38,960 nt of DNA, from assembly GCA_964440225.1 (NCBI GenBank), contig CAYTRM010000002.1:1-38960 (forward strand), in the 5' to 3' direction. How positions within the stretch are numbered: position 1 is the stretch's first letter; each line of letters begins with the position of its first letter. A program made the position numbers and the translations under genes. Of this stretch, positions 34,523 to 38,960 are shown one piece after another. The DNA is from an uncultured Thermoleophilia bacterium (GTDB lineage Bacteria > Actinomycetota > Thermoleophilia > UBA2241). The notes below the pieces were generated by a model. That model was not told the origin of the DNA, searched no databases, and saw only the letters and a program-made list of their open reading frames with translations.

Positions 34523-35260
34523 TCAGACCTCCCCAGGCCCGGCGAACCCCGTGATGAGCGTGGTCTCGGCGAGCTGGCGCTGGAGCCGCTCCCAGTCGTA
34601 GGGCACGCGCGCGAACTCGACGAACTCCGGCGTGCCGAGCCGCGCCGGATCGACGATCGCGTAGCAGACGCGCCAGTCGCCGTCCTTGGGACGGCCTCCA
34701 CTCCCCACGTTCACGAACGTCGTATCGCCGACGGGGCGAGCGTACGGCACGTGCGTGTGTCCGAAGAGGATGGCGGGATGCGGGTACTCCTCGGCCATGC
34801 GGGCCATGGCCTTCTCCGGCCGGTCCTCGAACAGGTACTCGTTGATGCGCCGCGGGCTGCCGTGCACGGCGAGGATGTCGCCGCCGGGGGTCGCGAGCGT
34901 GAAGTGGTCTTCGAGCGTGCGCAGGTACTCCTTGACCTCAGCGGACGCGGCCTCCTGCGTCCAGGCGAGCGAGGCCGCGCCCTCGGCGCGTTGCTCGTCG
35001 GTCTTGTAGACGCAGCCGCAGTCGCCGGTCTCGAAGCCGATGCCCTGGTCGTAGTTGCCCATGAGGCTGGGGATGCCGCGGTCGCGCACGAGCAGGGCGA
35101 CCTCGTTCGGCCGGGGCCCGTAGCCGACCAGGTCGCCGAGAGAGAGCGTCAGACCCAGTTGACGGGCCTCAACGTCCGCCAGGATAGCCTCGAGGCCCGG
35201 CAGATTGCCGTGCACGTCGGAGAAGACGGCGAACGGCTCGGCTGTGCGGATGGTCTTCAC
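34523..35260 (-). CDS. Calcineurin-like metallophosphoesterase (YfcE/MJ0936-like)
   Basis: GAGGGAGG RBS then GTG (cac 35258-35260). Motifs FSDVHGN, GDLVGYG, GNYD, AVHGSP, GHTH, plus a GDCGC element. Confidence 0.8.
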   Translation of the reverse strand: MKTIRTAEPFAVFSDVHGNLPGLEAILADVEARQLGLTLSLGDLVGYGPRPNEVALLVRDRGIPSLMGNYDQGIGFETGDCGCVYKTDEQRAEGAASLAWTQEAASAEVKEYLRTLEDHFTLATPGGDILAVHGSPRRINEYLFEDRPEKAMARMAEEYPHPAILFGHTHVPYARPVGDTTFVNVGSGGRPKDGDWRVCYAIVDPARLGTPEFVEFARVPYDWERLQRQLAETTLITGFAGPGEV

Positions 35261-35316
35261 GCGGTGGTGCCTCCCTCGGACTCTGGGCACGAGCGATATC
35301 ATGCTGTACACTTTAT

Positions 35317-35348
35317 ATCAACGTATCTTGACCATAAACGATTGTCAA
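35317..35348. promoter_or_regulatory. Operator-like elements in the AT-rich divergent promoter between the six-gene operon and acr3
   Basis: ATCAACGTATCTTGA (35317-35331) matches the palindrome at 29309-29323 apart from one inserted base. An overlapping inverted repeat TTGAC-N11-GTCAA lies at 35328-35348. This is the most AT-rich stretch locally. Confidence 0.4.
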
Positions 35349-35397
35349 TGTACGGTGCTCGGCGTCAGCCCACGCCGTCACCAAGGAGACGACCTCC

Positions 35398-36513
35398 ATG
35401 CCCCAGAGTACGATCAAGCGGCTCTCGTTCCTCGACCGGTACCTCACCGGCTGGATCTTCCTCGCCATGGCCGTCGGCGTGTTCCTCGGTTGGGCCTTCA
35501 CCGGTGTCCCCGACTTCATCAACCAGTTCAACGTCGGCACGACGAACATCCCCATCGCCATCGGGCTCATCGTGATGATGTATCCGCCGCTCGCCAGGGT
35601 GAAGTACGAGGAGCTGGGCGACGTCTTCCGCGACTACAAGATCCTGGGCCTGTCGCTGGTGCAGAACTGGCTCATCGGCCCCTTCCTCATGTTCTTCCTG
35701 GCCATCGCCTTCCTGAGCGACTACCCCGAGTACATGGTGGGGCTCATCATGATCGGCCTCGCGCGCTGCATCGCCATGGTCATCGTCTGGAACCAGCTCG
35801 CCAAGGGCGACACCGAGTACGCCGCCGGCCTGGTCGCCTTCAACAGCGTCTTCCAGGTGCTCTTCTACAGCCTCTTCGCCTGGATCTTCGTGACCAAGCT
35901 GCCGCCGCTCTTCGGCCTCGAGGGCGTCGCCGTCGACGTGACCATCGGGCAGATCGCCCAGAGCGTCGCCATCTACCTCGGCATCCCGTTCGTCGCCGGC
36001 ATGCTCACGCGCTACGTCGGCATCAAGTACAAGGGCCGCGAGTGGTACGAGCAGAAGTTCATCCCGCGCATCAGCCCGCTCACGCTCATCGCGCTGCTGT
36101 TCACCATCCTCGTGATGTTCAGCCTCAAGGGCGACCTCATCGTCGAGTTGCCGCTCGACGTCGTGCGCATCGCCGTGCCGCTGCTCATCTACTTCGTCGT
36201 CATGTTCTTCGTGAGCTTCTTCATGGGGCGCAAGATCGGCGCCGACTACTCCAAGACCGCGACCCTGTCGTTCACCGCCGCCAGCAACAACTTCGAGCTC
36301 GCGATCGCCGTGAGCGTCGCCGTGTTCGGGATCGGCTCGGGCGTGGCGTTCGCCGCCGTCATCGGGCCGCTCGTGGAGGTGCCCGTCCTGATCGGCCTCG
36401 TCAACGTGTCCCTCTGGCTGGGGCGCAAGTACTGGGGCATGACCGACGAACCCGTACCAGCGGCCGTAGCCGCCGGCGCCGACGAGGTCGCCTGCGACCC
36501 ACCGAGGAGCTGA
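35398..36513 (+). CDS. acr3: ACR3-family arsenite efflux permease
   Basis: [24 protein letters not shown]...[14 protein letters not shown]...[13 protein letters not shown] (conserved ACR3 Cys) ...[14 protein letters not shown]. Confidence 0.92.
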   Translation: MPQSTIKRLSFLDRYLTGWIFLAMAVGVFLGWAFTGVPDFINQFNVGTTNIPIAIGLIVMMYPPLARVKYEELGDVFRDYKILGLSLVQNWLIGPFLMFFLAIAFLSDYPEYMVGLIMIGLARCIAMVIVWNQLAKGDTEYAAGLVAFNSVFQVLFYSLFAWIFVTKLPPLFGLEGVAVDVTIGQIAQSVAIYLGIPFVAGMLTRYVGIKYKGREWYEQKFIPRISPLTLIALLFTILVMFSLKGDLIVELPLDVVRIAVPLLIYFVVMFFVSFFMGRKIGADYSKTATLSFTAASNNFELAIAVSVAVFGIGSGVAFAAVIGPLVEVPVLIGLVNVSLWLGRKYWGMTDEPVPAAVAAGADEVACDPPRS

Positions 36514-36514
36514 C

Positions 36515-36901
36515 ATGGACATCGCCAAGGACCCGGCGGGCCCCGGGAGCATCACGGATTTCGTCCCGTTCTTCAAGGCCATCGGCAACCCGACGCGCGC
36601 CCAGATCATCGAGTTCCTGCTGCGCGGCGAGCGCTGCGTCTGCGAGATGACCGGCCCGCTCGACCTGAGCCAGCCGCTGGTCTCGCACCACCTCGCCCTG
36701 CTCCGCGACGCCGGGCTGGTGCGCATGCGCAGCGAGGGCGCGCGCACGTACTACTCGCTCGAGTGGGAGAGGTTCGACGACGACCTCAAGGCCTTCGCCG
36801 GCCACGTGGAGCGCCTGCACGCCGCCCCACCTATCCCCAGCAACGCCGACGAGGTGTGCGCTACGGCCGCGACGAAGCCGGCGCGCCGCAACGCTTCGTG
36901 A
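36515..36901 (+). CDS. arsR: ArsR family arsenite-responsive repressor (canonical CVC site)
   Basis: FKAIGNPTRAQIIEFLLRGERCVCEMTGPLDLSQPLVSHHLALLRDAGLV, with the CVC metal site in the position of the classic ELCVCDL motif. Starts 1 nt after the acr3 stop. Confidence 0.9.
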   Translation: MDIAKDPAGPGSITDFVPFFKAIGNPTRAQIIEFLLRGERCVCEMTGPLDLSQPLVSHHLALLRDAGLVRMRSEGARTYYSLEWERFDDDLKAFAGHVERLHAAPPIPSNADEVCATAATKPARRNAS

Positions 36902-36953
36902 CCCGCACCGACTCGTGACCGCAACCACTGATGACCAAACGAAGGAGACACCC

Positions 36954-37208
36954 GTGAAGCTCGAGATCCTCGGTTCCGGCTGCGCCAACTGCCAGAAGCT
37001 GATGGCCCTCACCGAAGAGGTCGTGCGCGAGCTCGGCGTCGCCGACGCCGAGCTCGTCAAGGTGGAGGACTTCCCCACCATCATGGCCTACGGCGTGATG
37101 GCGACGCCCGCCCTCGCGATCGACGGCAAGCTCGTCATGAGCGGCAAGGTGCCGTCGAAGGCCGAGGTCACCGGTCTCGTCACCACTGCTCTGGCCGCAC
37201 AGGGATGA
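36954..37208 (+). CDS. Small thioredoxin-fold protein (Thioredoxin_3 / redox-active disulfide protein 2 type)
   Basis: GAAGGAGA RBS then GTG at 36954. VKLEILGSGCANCQKL...ATPALAIDGKLV. The family is often found with ArsR and PF03773 permeases. Confidence 0.8.
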   Translation: MKLEILGSGCANCQKLMALTEEVVRELGVADAELVKVEDFPTIMAYGVMATPALAIDGKLVMSGKVPSKAEVTGLVTTALAAQG

Positions 37209-37657
37209 CGAGAGTCCGCGACTTCGGCAGGCGCGCCGCGCTCCTGCCGGCCGGCGCGCTGCTCGCCGCTCTGGTCGTCGGCGCCCTCGCGCTCGCCGGG
37301 TGTGGCGGATCCGCCGGCGAAGCGGGCCCCTCCGCCACGCCCGCCCAGGCGCACAGCCCGGGCGCCTCCGCCAGCGTCACGTTCGTCGAGCTGGGCTCGG
37401 ACAAGTGCATCCCATGCAAGGAGATGCGGCCCGTCATGGACGCCGTCCAGGCCACCTTCGGCGACCAGCTCGAGATCGTCTTCTACGACGTCTGGGAGGA
37501 TGCCGCACCGGCCGAGGAGTACGGCATCCAGATGATCCCGACCCAGGTGTTTCTCGACGAGAACGGCGAGGAGTTCCATCGCCACGTGGGCTTCTACCCG
37601 CAGGCTGACATCGAGGCGCTCCTCATCGAGCAGGGCCTCACGAAACTCACTCCGTAA
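37205..37657 (+). CDS. Thioredoxin-like lipoprotein (TlpA/ResA-like, CIPC active site)
   Basis: ATGA overlap with the upstream gene. Lipobox LALAGC after a signal peptide. VELGSDKCIPCKEMRP (CxxC) and a thioredoxin fold (IPTQVFLDENGEE). Confidence 0.8.
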   Translation: MTRVRDFGRRAALLPAGALLAALVVGALALAGCGGSAGEAGPSATPAQAHSPGASASVTFVELGSDKCIPCKEMRPVMDAVQATFGDQLEIVFYDVWEDAAPAEEYGIQMIPTQVFLDENGEEFHRHVGFYPQADIEALLIEQGLTKLTP

Positions 37658-37669
37658 CCGGCGCCCGCA

Positions 37670-38365
37670 GTGCTCGAACAGATTCTGAGCTCCCTCAGCA
37701 CCTGGCTCGGCCAGTCGCTCGGCTGGGCGCTCCTGGCCGCCTTCGCCTGGGGCGTCGTCAGCATCGTCTTCAGCCCGTGTCACCTCGCCAGCGTGCCGCT
37801 GGTCGTCGGCTTCATCTCGACGCAGGAGGGCGCCACCACACGGCGCGCCTTCCGGCTCTCGCTGGTCTTCTCCCTGGGCGTCCTCGTCTCCATCGCGCTC
37901 ATCGGTGTGGTGACCGCCTCACTCGGCCGCCTTCTCGGCGACCTCGGCTCCATCGGCAACGTGGCGGTGGCCATCGTCTTCTTCGTCTTCGGCCTGTACC
38001 TGATGGACCTGCTCCCGCTGAACTGGGCTTCCCGCCTGCCGGCCACCACGCGGCTTCGCGGGATGCCCGCGGCCCTGGGCCTCGGCCTGGTGTTCGGCGT
38101 CGGCCTCGGCCCCTGCTCCTTCGCGTTTCTCGCACCGCTGCTCATGGTCGTGTTGGGCCAGGCAGAGACCGACTACACCCTCGCGGTCGGCCTTCTCGCC
38201 GCATTCGCCCTCGGGCACTGCGGCGTGATCGCGCTTGCCGGCACGGCGGCACATGGCGTCCAGAAGCTCGTGTCGTGGGGCAGCGGGTCCCGGGTGGCGC
38301 GCTGGATCCGCCGTGCCTGCGGGGCGCTGGTCTTCCTGGCTGGACTGTATCTCCTCTTCGGATAG
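37670..38365 (+). CDS. ccdA: CcdA/DsbD-family transmembrane thiol-disulfide electron transporter
   Basis: Six predicted transmembrane helices. Two conserved membrane-embedded Cys motifs: FSPCHLASVP and GLGPCSFAFLAP. Confidence 0.85.
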   Translation: MLEQILSSLSTWLGQSLGWALLAAFAWGVVSIVFSPCHLASVPLVVGFISTQEGATTRRAFRLSLVFSLGVLVSIALIGVVTASLGRLLGDLGSIGNVAVAIVFFVFGLYLMDLLPLNWASRLPATTRLRGMPAALGLGLVFGVGLGPCSFAFLAPLLMVVLGQAETDYTLAVGLLAAFALGHCGVIALAGTAAHGVQKLVSWGSGSRVARWIRRACGALVFLAGLYLLFG

Positions 38366-38379
38366 GCGTCCGGGCCGAC

Positions 38380-38396
38380 GGCAGGGATCCCCTGCC
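38380..38396 (+). terminator. Hairpin after ccdA
   Basis: GGCAGGG-GAT-CCCTGCC-type stem (GGCAGGGATCCCCTGCC) 15 nt after the stop codon. Confidence 0.45.
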
Positions 38397-38563
38397 CTGA
38401 CCGCTGCGTCGCCAACGTCGACAACGCTGAGGTTCCCTATTCCCGTACCCGATACGGGCCTCAGACGTACGACCTAGACAAAACACCCAGTCAAAGGCCG
38501 CGCAGTCAAGGGCAGGGTAGGTCTGACGGCGGGCGGTCGTCAGCCGAGCGACGAGAGGACGGG

Positions 38564-38960
38564 ATGAGCGGCACGAGGGTCCGGCAACGCGGCTTCACAC
38601 TGATCGAGATCCTTGTCGTGATCATCATCATCGGGATCCTGGCGGCCATCGCCTTCCCCGTCTACTCCGCGCAGCGCGACAAGGCCAAGGAGGCCGTGCT
38701 CACGAAGAACGCCCGCGACGTGGACATCGCCGCGCTCACCTACGTGCTCGCCGGGCTGAACACCACGTACCGCAGGAGCGATGACGGCGGCGCGGCCGCG
38801 GCAGCCAACGCCGCCACCTACGTCAGCAACGCCCTTGAGGTCGGCGTCGAGCAGGGAGTGCCCGGCGACAACGCCGACCACTACATCAACCCGTACTCCG
38901 GTCACAAGTCCATCGTCAACTGGAGCAGCGTCATCACGACGCAAGCCCTGTACTCCACAC
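38564..38960 (+). CDS. Type IV pilin-like protein with prepilin N-terminal cleavage/methylation domain (3' end outside window)
   Basis: Not in the ORF track because there is no stop in the window. ATG at 38564 after GAGAGGA. MSGTRVRQRGFTLIEILVVIIIIGILAAIAFPVY is the class III signal (G|FTLIE) plus hydrophobic helix. The frame is open to the window end. Confidence 0.8.
   Translation, partial: MSGTRVRQRGFTLIEILVVIIIIGILAAIAFPVYSAQRDKAKEAVLTKNARDVDIAALTYVLAGLNTTYRRSDDGGAAAAANAATYVSNALEVGVEQGVPGDNADHYINPYSGHKSIVNWSSVITTQALYST

Noticed and set aside
35205-36747. 481-aa plus ORF (35205-36650) and 460-aa minus ORF (35365-36747) over acr3/arsR
   Set aside because: The ACR3 frame (35398-36513) gives a textbook ten-helix ACR3 sequence. 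The alternatives are Arg/Asp/His-rich nonsense.
23867-38365. Calling the whole arsenic region a mobile genomic island
   Set aside because: The window contains no integrase, transposase, tRNA attachment site or flanking direct repeats, and the housekeeping gene prfC sits in the middle. Only the TA pair hints at acquisition, so mobility is not supported.

Overview
Very GC-rich bacterial chromosomal segment. It shows strong GGAGG-type ribosome-binding sites, many ATGA/TGATG gene overlaps, and abundant Arg/Ala/Pro-rich antisense shadow ORFs. Gene content suggests a high-GC, probably anaerobic or facultative Actinomycetota-like organism, but the taxon cannot be fixed from sequence alone. I recognised no rRNA, tRNA, CRISPR array, transposase or integrase by eye. 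Left third (1-10 kb): sbcD (partial) and sbcC, a DUF169-like gene, a GNAT acetyltransferase, MntA/HepT toxin-antitoxin pair 1, and a cluster of signal-peptide proteins plus an RDD membrane protein. Middle (10-23.7 kb): two paralogous multi-PAS HD-GYP signalling proteins, one with an N-terminal receiver domain and one with an N-terminal PocR domain. They bracket an Fe-S aldo/keto reductase, an asparaginase-II family gene and an orphan family-5 solute-binding protein. These are followed by hisG, a DUF429-like gene, a secreted glycoside-hydrolase-like protein and a bacterial PH-domain protein. Right 15 kb: a dispersed arsenic/metalloid region. It contains arsC; a ferredoxin plus radical SAM/SPASM pair; merR-prfC-flavoprotein; a Cys-rich ArsR divergent from arsM; and MntA/HepT pair 2. 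It also contains a six-gene Cys-rich operon (metallophosphoesterase, ArsP-family permease, FmdE-like, DGC, TauE/TSUP, small 4-Cys protein) divergent from acr3-arsR-thioredoxin-thioredoxin lipoprotein-ccdA. A type IV pilin-like gene runs off the right edge. The best candidate for an undescribed system is that six-gene operon. It shares an operator-like ATCAACG(T)ATCTTGA motif with the arsR/arsM promoter, which suggests one metalloid-responsive regulon made mostly of proteins with no assigned role in arsenic biology.
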